From Syntrophomonadaceae bacterium (GTDB taxonomy: Bacteria; Bacillota; Dethiobacteria; DTU022; UBA8154): a stretch of DNA of 64,000 nucleotides. The stretch spans positions 15,129-79,128 of the forward strand of contig PWTK01000105.1 in NCBI GenBank assembly GCA_003563895.1, read 5' to 3'. The position numbers and the translations under genes are program-made. Positions 38,357-48,965 of this stretch are shown here, in pieces; the first letter of the stretch is position 1; every line of letters begins with the position of its first letter. The notes beneath the pieces were generated by a model, which was not told the origin of the DNA, ran no database searches, and saw only the letters and a list, made by a program, of their open reading frames with translations.

Positions 38357-39100
38357 ATGCTTGTGCTCGACTCCCATGTCCACTGCGGGCGAGGCCTTCC
38401 TTTTGAAGTGCTGCAGCCGCGCTGGGAAAAAAGCGGCATAAAAGGGGGAGTGCTTTTCTCGCCTGCCGAAGAGATATATGAGCGCCACAATCATTCATTT
38501 TTCGACAGTGCGGCCTTCCAGGACTCCCGGCAAAAAGTGCACCGCTACCTGGAATCCCTGCGGGGGGATCTCATCCATATTTACTGGTTTGTCTGGAACG
38601 ACTTTCAGTTTCCGGGCGATAAATTCAGCGGGGTTAAGTGGCACCGACATTCGAACGAGCCCCGTTACGATTACGATTCAGAAAAATGCCTTGCCTTTGT
38701 AGAACATATTTGCCTGAGAAAAATGCCCGTCATCCTGGAGGAAGAGTTTGAAAATACTTTTCGGTTAGTTGAAATGATCGGCGGGCGGACGCCCGTCATT
38801 ATTCCGCATATGGGAGGGTTAAACGGCGGTTACCACCGTTTGCAGAAAGCGGGTTTGTTTGAAGAACCTTCAATCTATGCGGATACCGCGCTGGCAAGCA
38901 GCAGAGAGATATCAGATTTCGCAGGCTTATACGGGACAGACAGGCTCCTCTTCGGAAGCGATTTTCCCTTTGGGGAACCTTCTCGTGAAAGGTTTAAGGT
39001 AGAAAAACTTTTTGAAGGCGAAGAGCTGGAACAGCTGTTTTCGGGCAACCTGCAGCGCCTGCTGAAAGAGGTTAAACCGCCTCCCCCAGAGCCCTCCTGA
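38357..39100 (+). CDS. amidohydrolase-2 (TIM-barrel metal-dependent hydrolase) family protein
   Basis: 247 aa; N-terminal DSHVH metal-ligand motif. Confidence 0.65.
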   Translation: MLVLDSHVHCGRGLPFEVLQPRWEKSGIKGGVLFSPAEEIYERHNHSFFDSAAFQDSRQKVHRYLESLRGDLIHIYWFVWNDFQFPGDKFSGVKWHRHSNEPRYDYDSEKCLAFVEHICLRKMPVILEEEFENTFRLVEMIGGRTPVIIPHMGGLNGGYHRLQKAGLFEEPSIYADTALASSREISDFAGLYGTDRLLFGSDFPFGEPSRERFKVEKLFEGEELEQLFSGNLQRLLKEVKPPPPEPS

Positions 39101-39420
39101 CCTTGACGCCTCCAAACGCGGAGCTTTTTTCCATGTCCTAAAACCTGCTAATACCGCGCGGATGTACTTGCCCCCTCTTTTCCGCAAGCTGCTCGCGAAG
39201 CTGCTTGCAGCCAATCCTTCCAGCTGCCACGGCCGGTTCCATTTGTCCGGGTATTGAAAGAAACCGCCGTTTGCCCTGGATGTTTTCGGATGGAACCGGT
39301 GCCCTGTGATACCTTGTAATATAATGAAAGGGCTGATCCCCGAAGGAGCGCCGGGGAGCAGCCCTTACACTTAAGTTCACACACGTTCCTCTCATGTAAA
39401 TGTGTAAGCCCGAAAACGGG

Positions 39421-39723
39421 TTATTTTAGTTTGCCAATGAAAGTGTCTACATCGATGGCAGGATAAGTTTGGATCCTGATGGTGCCCCGTGAGGCGAGTT
39501 CCAAGGAAATCTTGGAAATGGTTTCGCTGTCGGGCGCTTCAACGATGTTCAGGAAATCGTACTGCCCCAAAATAACATACTGAGCCAGCACCTTACCACC
39601 CATTGATTCGACGTCACTGTTGACTTCCTTGATCCGCTCCGGCTTTTTCTTTAACGTTTCACAACCTTCATCAGTCAAGCGGCTGAGCATAATGTAAGTA
39701 GGCATTGTCCAGGCCTCCTCCAA
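39421..39723 (-). CDS. GYD-domain protein
   Basis: 100 aa; resembles the GYD-family fold. Recognised from memory only. Confidence 0.55.
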   Translation of the reverse strand: MEEAWTMPTYIMLSRLTDEGCETLKKKPERIKEVNSDVESMGGKVLAQYVILGQYDFLNIVEAPDSETISKISLELASRGTIRIQTYPAIDVDTFIGKLK

Positions 39724-39872
39724 TGAGATAAATTCAATAATATTATAACATAATTGCGCAAAATTGTCTTTATGTTTTAATATTTCAGGAAAAACAAGCG
39801 GGCCGGGGCTTGCGATGGCGATGTTTCGGGGCCCGGCCCCAGGAACAAATGGAGCGCCGCCGGGGCAGTATT

Positions 39873-40415
39873 TTAGCTGTGGCCAGAAAGTTGTTCGGTG
39901 AAGATTTTTTGAAAGGCATTCAGGTCTTTTTCGCTAAAAAAAACAAAACGGATGAGGCGGACTTTTTCCAGTCCGGGGATCTCCTCCAGCACGGTGCTGA
40001 GGGCAATCCTGGAGGCCTCTTCAAAGGGATAACCAAAAGCCCCCGTTGACAGCGCCGGAAAAGCAATTGAATCGATGCCGTTTTCCTCGGCCAGTTTAAG
40101 CGCATTGCGATAGCAGTCTGCCAGCAGTTCCTCCTCCGGCTTATCACGGCCGTACACAGGTCCGAGGCAGTGTATGACGTATTCATTGGGCAGGTTGTGC
40201 CCTCCGCTAATGACTGCTTCTCCCGGCTTTATGGGCGCCAGCGGGCGGCATTCTTCTTCGAGACCCGGACCTGCTGCGCGGTGTAAGGCACCGGCCACCC
40301 CTCCTCCGGGTTTCAACTGGGCATTGGCCGCGTTTGCCACGGCGGCGATATCCCCCTGCGCGGCAATATCTCCCTGCACGCATTCTACGGTGATACCGGA
40401 AATTGTTTCACGCAC
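39873..40415 (-). CDS. Macro-domain (ADP-ribose / O-acetyl-ADP-ribose binding/processing) protein
   Basis: 180 aa with ANAANAQLKPGGGVAGA and GIDSIAFPALSTGAFGYP motifs. It contains an in-frame 18-bp tandem duplication encoding GDIAAQ twice. Confidence 0.85.
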   Translation of the reverse strand: MRETISGITVECVQGDIAAQGDIAAVANAANAQLKPGGGVAGALHRAAGPGLEEECRPLAPIKPGEAVISGGHNLPNEYVIHCLGPVYGRDKPEEELLADCYRNALKLAEENGIDSIAFPALSTGAFGYPFEEASRIALSTVLEEIPGLEKVRLIRFVFFSEKDLNAFQKIFTEQLSGHS

Positions 40416-40506
40416 CGTTCATGCCTCCTTTCAGCAGTCCTTCGTATTCTTTGGAATGATTTCAACACTGTTTCCGGGATCTTAAACAGGTGTTCATGCA
40501 GCCTGC

Positions 40507-40713
40507 CTACCCTTTTTCCGCTTCTCTTGCCTTCCGATCTGAGAGGAGCTCGCCTCCCACTCCCACTTCCTCAGGGCTGCTGCTTCTCAAGTAAACGACA
40601 AATGCCGCTTCCGGGATGCCGGTCAACTCGCTGGCTTTCTGCGTAAAAGACCGAATCAACTCTTTTTTCTTCTCCGTCTCAAGCTCGGGACCGTAAAAAA
40701 AGATGGTCGGCAC
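40507..40713 (-). CDS. 4-oxalocrotonate-tautomerase-family protein
   Basis: 68 aa, begins Met-Pro (catalytic Pro1). Confidence 0.55.
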   Translation of the reverse strand: MPTIFFYGPELETEKKKELIRSFTQKASELTGIPEAAFVVYLRSSSPEEVGVGGELLSDRKAREAEKG

Positions 40714-40866
40714 GCTTAAACACCTCCCTCCCCGATCGGTCAGCTTTATGCTTTTCTTTTGATGTTTTATGCCCTGCAGGAGTTCTTTTCTATATTAAAC
40801 ACCCTTTTCCTGTTGAAAAACTTTTTTTGTGAAGCCCGCGAGTTATTCTCCCATGCTCTCCGGCCG

Positions 40867-41601
40867 TTACCGATCGGGATGACCCACCGGGATGATTAAC
40901 AGGGGGGTGGCTTCCATTTGCAGGAGCCGGCTGACATTGCGGTCTTCAAAAGCACCCACCACCACGCTGCCCAGCCCTAAAGCCTCGGCCTGCAGGGCAA
41001 TGTTTTGCGATACGTTACCGGATTCCATATGCACGTACCTTTCTCCCCTTTGACCGTACACCCCAGTCGTTCGCTCAAATTCTGCCGCCAGGACGATGCT
41101 GGCGGGAGCCGCAGCGATAAAATCCTGCCCCAGGGCCGCACCTGCCAGCTCCTCCCGCAGTTCGCCTTCCAGGAGCGGAACGAGTTTGTGGTCGGAGATG
41201 TCATAGATGTAGATCCCTGCCTGCATATCCTGTACATTTCCTGCCACCACGTATATCTCCATGGGATGAGTGGCACCGGCCGACGGAGCCGTACGGGTGG
41301 CTCCCGTTATTCCGTCCACACCACTGCCCTGGGCCGCCCAGAGAAGCTGTCCCAGCTGCTGCAGGGAAAGCGGCTTATCCTGGAAACTCCGCGTCGATTT
41401 CCGGATGCTGAGCGTTTCCTCCAGGGATACCTTTCCGACCTCTTCCGGTGCGGGCAGCTCCGTTGGGGGACCTTCGATGTTGTTCGGTGCAGGCCTTTCC
41501 TCAAGATCCTCTGGCGGCGCCGGCCTGCAGGCGGGAACAAAAACCATGGCCGCCAAAACGATAAAGAAAACCGCTGTTTTCAGTTTCGGACCTAAGTTCA
41601 T
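40867..41601 (-). CDS. SagB-type/nitroreductase-family protein with an N-terminal signal/lipoprotein-like sequence
   Basis: 244 aa. Hydrophobic leader ending ...VPAC, followed by a nitroreductase fold. Confidence 0.6.
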   Translation of the reverse strand: MNLGPKLKTAVFFIVLAAMVFVPACRPAPPEDLEERPAPNNIEGPPTELPAPEEVGKVSLEETLSIRKSTRSFQDKPLSLQQLGQLLWAAQGSGVDGITGATRTAPSAGATHPMEIYVVAGNVQDMQAGIYIYDISDHKLVPLLEGELREELAGAALGQDFIAAAPASIVLAAEFERTTGVYGQRGERYVHMESGNVSQNIALQAEALGLGSVVVGAFEDRNVSRLLQMEATPLLIIPVGHPDR

Positions 41602-41901
41602 TTAATCCCCTCCACGCTGGAATCAGGTTAAGTAAAGGGGGCATGGCTCCAGGTTGCCGGAAATGGAAAAGGCACCACCGGGGTTATCATTCAAGCAGGA
41701 GAAAGCTCAATAGAACAGGATCCAGGGATGTAGGGAAGACCTGGGCTGGACCTTATTCCTGAAAGCGGTTTTCGGAACAGGGTCAGGGCCGCGCCGGCTA
41801 AATTTTCCTCTCCTGCTCCCCTTGCTTTTGTTGAAGTCCTGCCTGAGAAACTTAAAGAAGCCTTAATATAAGAACGTTTTCCTCCCGGGAGTGGCACGCT
41901 T

Positions 41902-42669
41902 TCAATGCGTGAACTTTTCTATGCTGTCAAAATAGAGTTTCTGATCCACAAACATGATGTCGTTGTGGCTGGCATACGGGAGAACAACGAGCTCTTTTTG
42001 GTCGGTTCCCAATCGTTTTAAGAGTACTTCGGCCTCCTCAAAGGGAACAAGCCGGTCCCGTTCGCCATGGATCAAGAGTGCGGGAATAATAACCGATGCC
42101 GCCTTTCGCTGGGACTCATTTTCCACTTCATCCAGCCCGGCCCCCCTCAAGGGGAGACCCAGGTGATTGATGAGGCGGATGGGAGAAGAAAAACCGCTTT
42201 CCACGATCAACCCCATCAGCTCCTGGGAATAGGACGAAGCTAGCTCCAGCGCGGGCATTGAGCCCATTGAGCGGCCCATAACCCAAAGCTCAGCTTGGTC
42301 CGACCTGTTCCGCACCTCCTCTTGCACGGCGTGAAATACGCGGTGTGCGTCTTCGACCAGGGACGAAAAAGTCGGGACTCCCTCACTTTTCCCGTAACCG
42401 CGGTAGTCCGCGACGACCAAATTCAGCCCTTTTTCCAGGTAAAAAGGAGCGATCTCGTCATAATCCCCCGCCACCTCCCCATTCCCGTGAAAGTAAAGGA
42501 TCCACTTCTTGCTCTTTGCATGAAGATAGACGCGGCAGGCAACCCGTACATTTTCTTCAACCTCGACCATCATGTCAAAGGCCCCTTCCGGGGGCGGGCT
42601 GAGGTCCCGGCGGGGATAAAACAAAAAGCCCAAAAGCGAGGGTTGGTCCAGCGCTGAAAAAATTGACAC
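41902..42669 (-). CDS. alpha/beta hydrolase
   Basis: 255 aa with a GRSMGS nucleophile elbow. Confidence 0.75.
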   Translation of the reverse strand: MSIFSALDQPSLLGFLFYPRRDLSPPPEGAFDMMVEVEENVRVACRVYLHAKSKKWILYFHGNGEVAGDYDEIAPFYLEKGLNLVVADYRGYGKSEGVPTFSSLVEDAHRVFHAVQEEVRNRSDQAELWVMGRSMGSMPALELASSYSQELMGLIVESGFSSPIRLINHLGLPLRGAGLDEVENESQRKAASVIIPALLIHGERDRLVPFEEAEVLLKRLGTDQKELVVLPYASHNDIMFVDQKLYFDSIEKFTH

Positions 42670-42710
42670 AAAACACCCTCCCCTGCAATAAATATGTTAT
42701 TTTCGAAAAT

Positions 42711-42863
42711 CAGACTATCGGGTTTGCTCAGGATGACAATGAAAGAAGCCCCGCAAAAAAGAGGTTTTAAAAGGTCACACTTACAAAAAGGCCTTGATCT
42801 GCTAAAAAGCTGTATTTGGGGAGCCACTCCACAAGAATTCCCTGAGTTAAGTTGAAAGTCATG
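42711..42863 (+). mobile_element. MITE-like repeat, copy E (153 bp)
   Basis: Flanks TTCGAAAAT and CTCGAAAAA match at 7 of 9 positions. Confidence 0.85.
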
Positions 42864-42999
42864 CTCGAAAAAACAGCGCCATAGCAAAAGATTCAATTCC
42901 CATGGCCTTGGGACATTCCTGCTCAGCGCACCCTATCCGTGGGGCACTTGCCCCGGCACACCCCTTTGAGCTTCGGCAGTCGAGCGGCAGCCGCTTCAT

Positions 43000-43659
43000 T
43001 TACCCCTCCCACCTCTTCTGCGCGCACTCATTCAATATTTGAAGGGCAGAGCTCGTGCCGATGCGATCTGCGCCTGCTTTAATCAGCTGCTGCGCAAACT
43101 CCGCGGTGCGGATGCCCCCGGAGGCTTTGATGCCCGCTTCCGGTGGAAGCAGCGAGCGCAGCAGCAGAATGTCTTCCAGGGATGCTCCCCGGGGACCAAA
43201 GCCCGTAGATGTTTTCACGTATTTTGCCCCGCCTTCTGCCAGCAGGCGGCAGGCCACAGCGATGTCTTCTTCGTTCAGCAGCCCGGTTTCAATTATTCCC
43301 TTTAGCGGGATGCCGCAGCGGACCACCCCCTTTATCTCTTCCCGGAGCACTTCTTCCTCGCGGTTCTTAAGGGCGGCGATGTTCAGAACCATATCCAGCT
43401 CGTTCGCCCCCTCCTCCACGGCCCTTTTCGCTTCAACCTCCTTCACCTCGGCAAAGGAGCAGCCGAACGGGAATCCCACCACGGTGACCACGTATACCCC
43501 TGTTCCTTTCAAAATATCCCTGGCCAGGGAGACATAATAAGGGTGGATGCACACCCCTTTCAAGCGGTTTTCTCCGGCTTCTTCGCAAAGCTGCCGGATT
43601 TCCTCCTTTGAAGCCGCAGGGTGCAGGAGCGTGGATTCAAGGTACTGCTCCAGTTTCAT
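43000..43659 (-). CDS. deoC: deoxyribose-phosphate aldolase
   Basis: 219 aa, class I aldolase DeoC. Confidence 0.85.
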   Translation of the reverse strand: MKLEQYLESTLLHPAASKEEIRQLCEEAGENRLKGVCIHPYYVSLARDILKGTGVYVVTVVGFPFGCSFAEVKEVEAKRAVEEGANELDMVLNIAALKNREEEVLREEIKGVVRCGIPLKGIIETGLLNEEDIAVACRLLAEGGAKYVKTSTGFGPRGASLEDILLLRSLLPPEAGIKASGGIRTAEFAQQLIKAGADRIGTSSALQILNECAQKRWEG

Positions 43660-43680
43660 GGTAACGGCAAACCTCCCCCC

Positions 43681-45102
43681 TTACCCTTCTCCCTTGATAA
43701 CCGCCAGGGGGAAAAGGCGGGCCACTTTTCTGCTGATGTCGATTTCATGCAGCGTTTCCACAACATTATCGATATCCTTGTATGCCAGCGGCGCTTCGTC
43801 CAACAGTTTGCGCTCCTTGGCCCCGTGGAAGAGGATGCCTTTCATTTGTTTTTTCAGCATGCCGGCGTCAAACTGCTTCCTGGCGGCGCGGCGCGAAAGA
43901 ACCCTTCCTGCCCCATGGTTGAGGGAATAAAAAGATTTTTCTGCCTGGGAACCGCCAGTAACCACATAGGAAGAGGTGCCCATGCTGCCGGGAATAATGA
44001 CGGGATGACCGGTTTCCCTGTAAGGGGGCGGGTTTTTTTCGTGCCCCGGCGGGAGCGCCCTGGTTGCCCCTTTTCTGTGTACCAGCAGGTCCTTTCCTTC
44101 AATGCGCTCAAATTTGGCGATGTTGTGGGAAACGTCGTAAACAATTCCCAGGCCCAACTCCTGATCGTCTCGACCAAACTTTTCGGCAAAGGCTTTCCGG
44201 ACATCGTAAGTGATCAGCTGCCGGTTTGAATAAGAAAAGTTCATCGCCGCCAGCATGGCCCCCAGGTAATCCCGGCCTTCGGGCGAGTCAATGGGAACCG
44301 CGGCCAATCCCTTCGAAGGGAGCTCTATCCCGTATCGGGCGGCGGCTTTTTCCATGATCTGCGAGTAATCGGTACAGATCTGGTGGCCAAAGCCTCTGCT
44401 TCCGGTATGGATGAGCAGCGTCAGCATCCCTTCGACAAGTCCAAAGGTCGAAGCAGCTTCCCTGTCGAAGATTTCCGCCACCTCGCCCAGCTCGATAAAG
44501 TGATTTCCGCCTCCGATGGTGGAAAGCTGGTTCCCCCTTTCCCGGCCTTCCTTGCTGACCTTGCCCAGATCGGCCCCGGCAAACGACCCTCCTTCCTCCA
44601 CGTAAAGGGAATCCTCGGAGCGGGCAAAGCCCATTTCAACGAGCGCTTTCATCCCCGTTTCAATTATTTCCTTGAACTGCTTTTTGGTAAAGTGATGGTA
44701 GCGGCTGCTTTTACCGACCCCAGTGGGGACGCGGGAAGTGATCCCCCTCATCAGTTCCCTGAAATCTTCACCGGAGAGCTTGGCTGCCTCGATCTCGGTG
44801 CGCAGAAGACGTACGCCGCAGTTGATATCCATGCCGACCGCTCCCGCGGATATCAGGCCTTTTGAGGCATCCATGGCCATTACGCCTCCTATGGGGAGGC
44901 CAAACCCGGCATGGATATCGGGCATCCCTACCACGTAGCGGTAAACACCAGGCAGCGAAGCGGCGTCGACCAGCTGTTTCAAAGATTCCTCTTCCACAAA
45001 AGAGCGGTAGAGGAAATCGTTGAGGTAGACCAGGGCATCGACCTTCATCCGACCGCTGCGCGGAATCATATAGCAATTTTTCCCGTAAGGCACCAGTTTC
45101 AT
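43681..45102 (-). CDS. rtcB: RNA-splicing ligase RtcB
   Basis: The start was trimmed to MKLVPYGKN. Conserved RtcB metal-site histidines are present. Confidence 0.9.
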   Translation of the reverse strand: MKLVPYGKNCYMIPRSGRMKVDALVYLNDFLYRSFVEEESLKQLVDAASLPGVYRYVVGMPDIHAGFGLPIGGVMAMDASKGLISAGAVGMDINCGVRLLRTEIEAAKLSGEDFRELMRGITSRVPTGVGKSSRYHHFTKKQFKEIIETGMKALVEMGFARSEDSLYVEEGGSFAGADLGKVSKEGRERGNQLSTIGGGNHFIELGEVAEIFDREAASTFGLVEGMLTLLIHTGSRGFGHQICTDYSQIMEKAAARYGIELPSKGLAAVPIDSPEGRDYLGAMLAAMNFSYSNRQLITYDVRKAFAEKFGRDDQELGLGIVYDVSHNIAKFERIEGKDLLVHRKGATRALPPGHEKNPPPYRETGHPVIIPGSMGTSSYVVTGGSQAEKSFYSLNHGAGRVLSRRAARKQFDAGMLKKQMKGILFHGAKERKLLDEAPLAYKDIDNVVETLHEIDISRKVARLFPLAVIKGEG

Positions 45103-45597
45103 GTTCCTGCACCCTTCCCGTGAATGCTCCAACGACAGTGGGGCGGGCAAAAGTCTCACATCAGCCCCCGCGAAACCTGGTGGCGGTCGGTTTTCCCGAG
45201 CATTCGAAGCCCCGCGGACAGGCCAAAGTGCAGTTCCAGCTTCCGACCCGAAAGATATTTTCACGATTCTAATACGCATAATTTCATGAATGGTCTATTC
45301 GATTATTTCGTTAAAGCCTTCGCCAAACCCTTCTGCTTTGAGACAAATAATTCTGACATTTGACCGGGAGTTGGCCCACCCCGCCACTTACCCCTACAGC
45401 TGGCGTGAGGATCCACTGCAGGCCGCCGGGGTCCAACCTGTAAAAAGGTCGCCTTTCCAAACCGACAGCAAACTTACAGCAGCAGCACGGTCCATTCCGC
45501 TACAGGCGGCAGAGATAAAAGGAGGATTTTCTGAAATCATTGTTGAAAGAATTAAATTAAAAGGTTCTCCGGGTTTTTGCTGAACGAATTAAATTAT

Positions 45598-45750
45598 CAG
45601 ACTATCGGGTTTGCTCAGGATGACAATGAAAGAAGCCCCGCAAAAAAGAGGTTTTTAAAGGTCACACTTACAAAAAGGCCTTGATCTGCTAAAAAGCTGT
45701 ATTTTGGGGGCCACTCAACAAGAATTCCCTGAGTTTAGTTGATAATCATG
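45598..45750 (+). mobile_element. MITE-like repeat, copy F (153 bp)
   Basis: Flanks TTAAATTAT and TTAAAATAA match at 7 of 9 positions. It sits in the divergent rtcB / mtaD promoter region. Confidence 0.85.
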
Positions 45751-45857
45751 TTAAAATAAAAAGAACCTGCCGGGTTTTGCTGGATTTGTTTGAAAACGTG
45801 TTCTCGAAAGACAAGCTGTCTGGCCGAGAGAACGGCCAGGGAACAGGGTAAAGGAGG

Positions 45858-47159
45858 ATGCCTGTGACTTCCAGAATTTTAATTAGAGGTGCCACAATAG
45901 TCACTATGAATGAAGACGAAGAAGTTTTTGGTCCCGGAGATCTTTTGATTGAAGACGACGCCATCCGGTCCATCGCTCCCGAGATTACTGTGCAAGAGGA
46001 GAAGGTGACGATTATTCCGGGTGAGGGAAAGGTTGCCATCCCCGGGTTAATCAATACCCATAACCACGCCGCCATGAGCCTTTTCCGCAGCTATGCCGAC
46101 GATTTGCCTCTCCGCGATTGGTTGGAAAACAAAATATTTCCTGCAGAAGCAAAATTGACGGGAAACGATGTGTACTGGGGCACCTCACTGGCCCTTCTGG
46201 AAATGCTGAGAGGTGGAACGACAACCTTTGTCGATATGTACTACCACATGGATGAGGTGGCCCGGGCCTGCCTGGAAAGCGGCGTCAGGGCGGTGCTTTC
46301 TCACGGGATCGTTGGCATCAACAGCCTTTTGGGACACAAGACCTTTCAGGGCGCCACGAACTTTGCCCGAAAGTGGAACAATGAGGGAAATGGGAGAATT
46401 AAAGCCATCCTCGGGCCGCATGCCCCCTATACCTGTCCCCCGGAGTTTTTAAAAAAAGTGTTGAAAAAAACAGAGCAGTTCAATACCACCTTTCACATCC
46501 ATCTCGCAGAGTCCCGGCAGGAAATGCAGGACTCCCTGGATAAATACCAAAAAACACCTGTGGGGTTAATGCAGGAGATAGGCCTCTTCGAAAGAGCCGT
46601 GCTGGCCGCCCACTGTGTGCATCTCACGGAAGAGGACATCGACATACTGGTTTCACGGGAGGTCGGAATTTCGCACAACCCGGGCAGCAACCTCAAATTG
46701 GGCAGCGGGATTGCCCCTTTGACAGAATTGCTGAACAGAAACGCCAGGTTAGGCCTCGGTACAGACGGAGCTGCCAGCAATAATAACCTGGACATGTTTG
46801 AAGAAATAAGGCTTGCCAGCCTTTTGCAGAAAGGATATCGCGAAGATCCCACCTTAATTTCAGCAAACGAGGCATTGGGAATGGCGACCCGGGGAGGCGC
46901 TAGGGCGCTGGGCATGGAGTACATTGGGGTTTTGAAAGAAGGAGCCAAGGCGGACCTCGCTCTGCTCGATTTTCAAAAACCCCACCTCCAACCTCATGCC
47001 GATCCGGTGGCCCATATCGTCTATTCCGCCTCTGCCGGTGATGTGGAAACCGTCATCGTGGATGGCAAAATACTGGTCGAAAAAGGGGTTTGTCAAACAC
47101 TGGACGAGGAGAAAATATTGTTTGAGGCAGCCCGGAGCGCAGAGAGACTCAGGCACTGA
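45858..47159 (+). CDS. mtaD: 5'-methylthioadenosine / S-adenosylhomocysteine (5'-deoxyadenosine) deaminase, MtaD/DadD type
   Basis: 433 aa amidohydrolase. HNHAAMSLFR metal motif and N-terminal LIRGATIVTMNE, typical of the MtaD family. Confidence 0.85.
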   Translation: MPVTSRILIRGATIVTMNEDEEVFGPGDLLIEDDAIRSIAPEITVQEEKVTIIPGEGKVAIPGLINTHNHAAMSLFRSYADDLPLRDWLENKIFPAEAKLTGNDVYWGTSLALLEMLRGGTTTFVDMYYHMDEVARACLESGVRAVLSHGIVGINSLLGHKTFQGATNFARKWNNEGNGRIKAILGPHAPYTCPPEFLKKVLKKTEQFNTTFHIHLAESRQEMQDSLDKYQKTPVGLMQEIGLFERAVLAAHCVHLTEEDIDILVSREVGISHNPGSNLKLGSGIAPLTELLNRNARLGLGTDGAASNNNLDMFEEIRLASLLQKGYREDPTLISANEALGMATRGGARALGMEYIGVLKEGAKADLALLDFQKPHLQPHADPVAHIVYSASAGDVETVIVDGKILVEKGVCQTLDEEKILFEAARSAERLRH

Positions 47160-47280
47160 AGCGCCAAAAAGGAAAATAGCCGGGGGATAAAAGCCCCCGG
47201 CTTTTTTGCAGGACATGTTTTAGGCGTGTTCAAGCGGCATTGTATTTGGGGATCTTTGGGGATCGATGTCCTTAATGCCC

Positions 47281-47392
47281 TAGTGCTCCAAAACATAATT
47301 ACGGTGACGTTTTTTTACACGAAAAGCCTCAACTTTTGCCTGAAAATCATTGTTTCTAACAGATCACATTCGGAACAATATTTGTGTTAGGA
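47281..47392. repeat. conserved ~110-bp intergenic element, copy 1 (paired with 56541-56655)
   Basis: About 75 % identical to a block downstream of the LysM gene, including the shared core CCTGAAAnTCATTG...AACAGrTCACATTCGGAAC. Confidence 0.5.
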
Positions 47393-47397
47393 AGCAC

Positions 47398-48846
<1,449 letters not shown>

Positions 48847-48965
48847 TATTCTTCTTAATCCCTCCTGAGTAATATATGCAGGTTAGCTTCCTGCTTGATG
48901 ATAATACAGGGCCGGTCAGCGTAAGCCGAACCAATGGCAGCGACCGGCCCTTAAATGTCTCGCTG

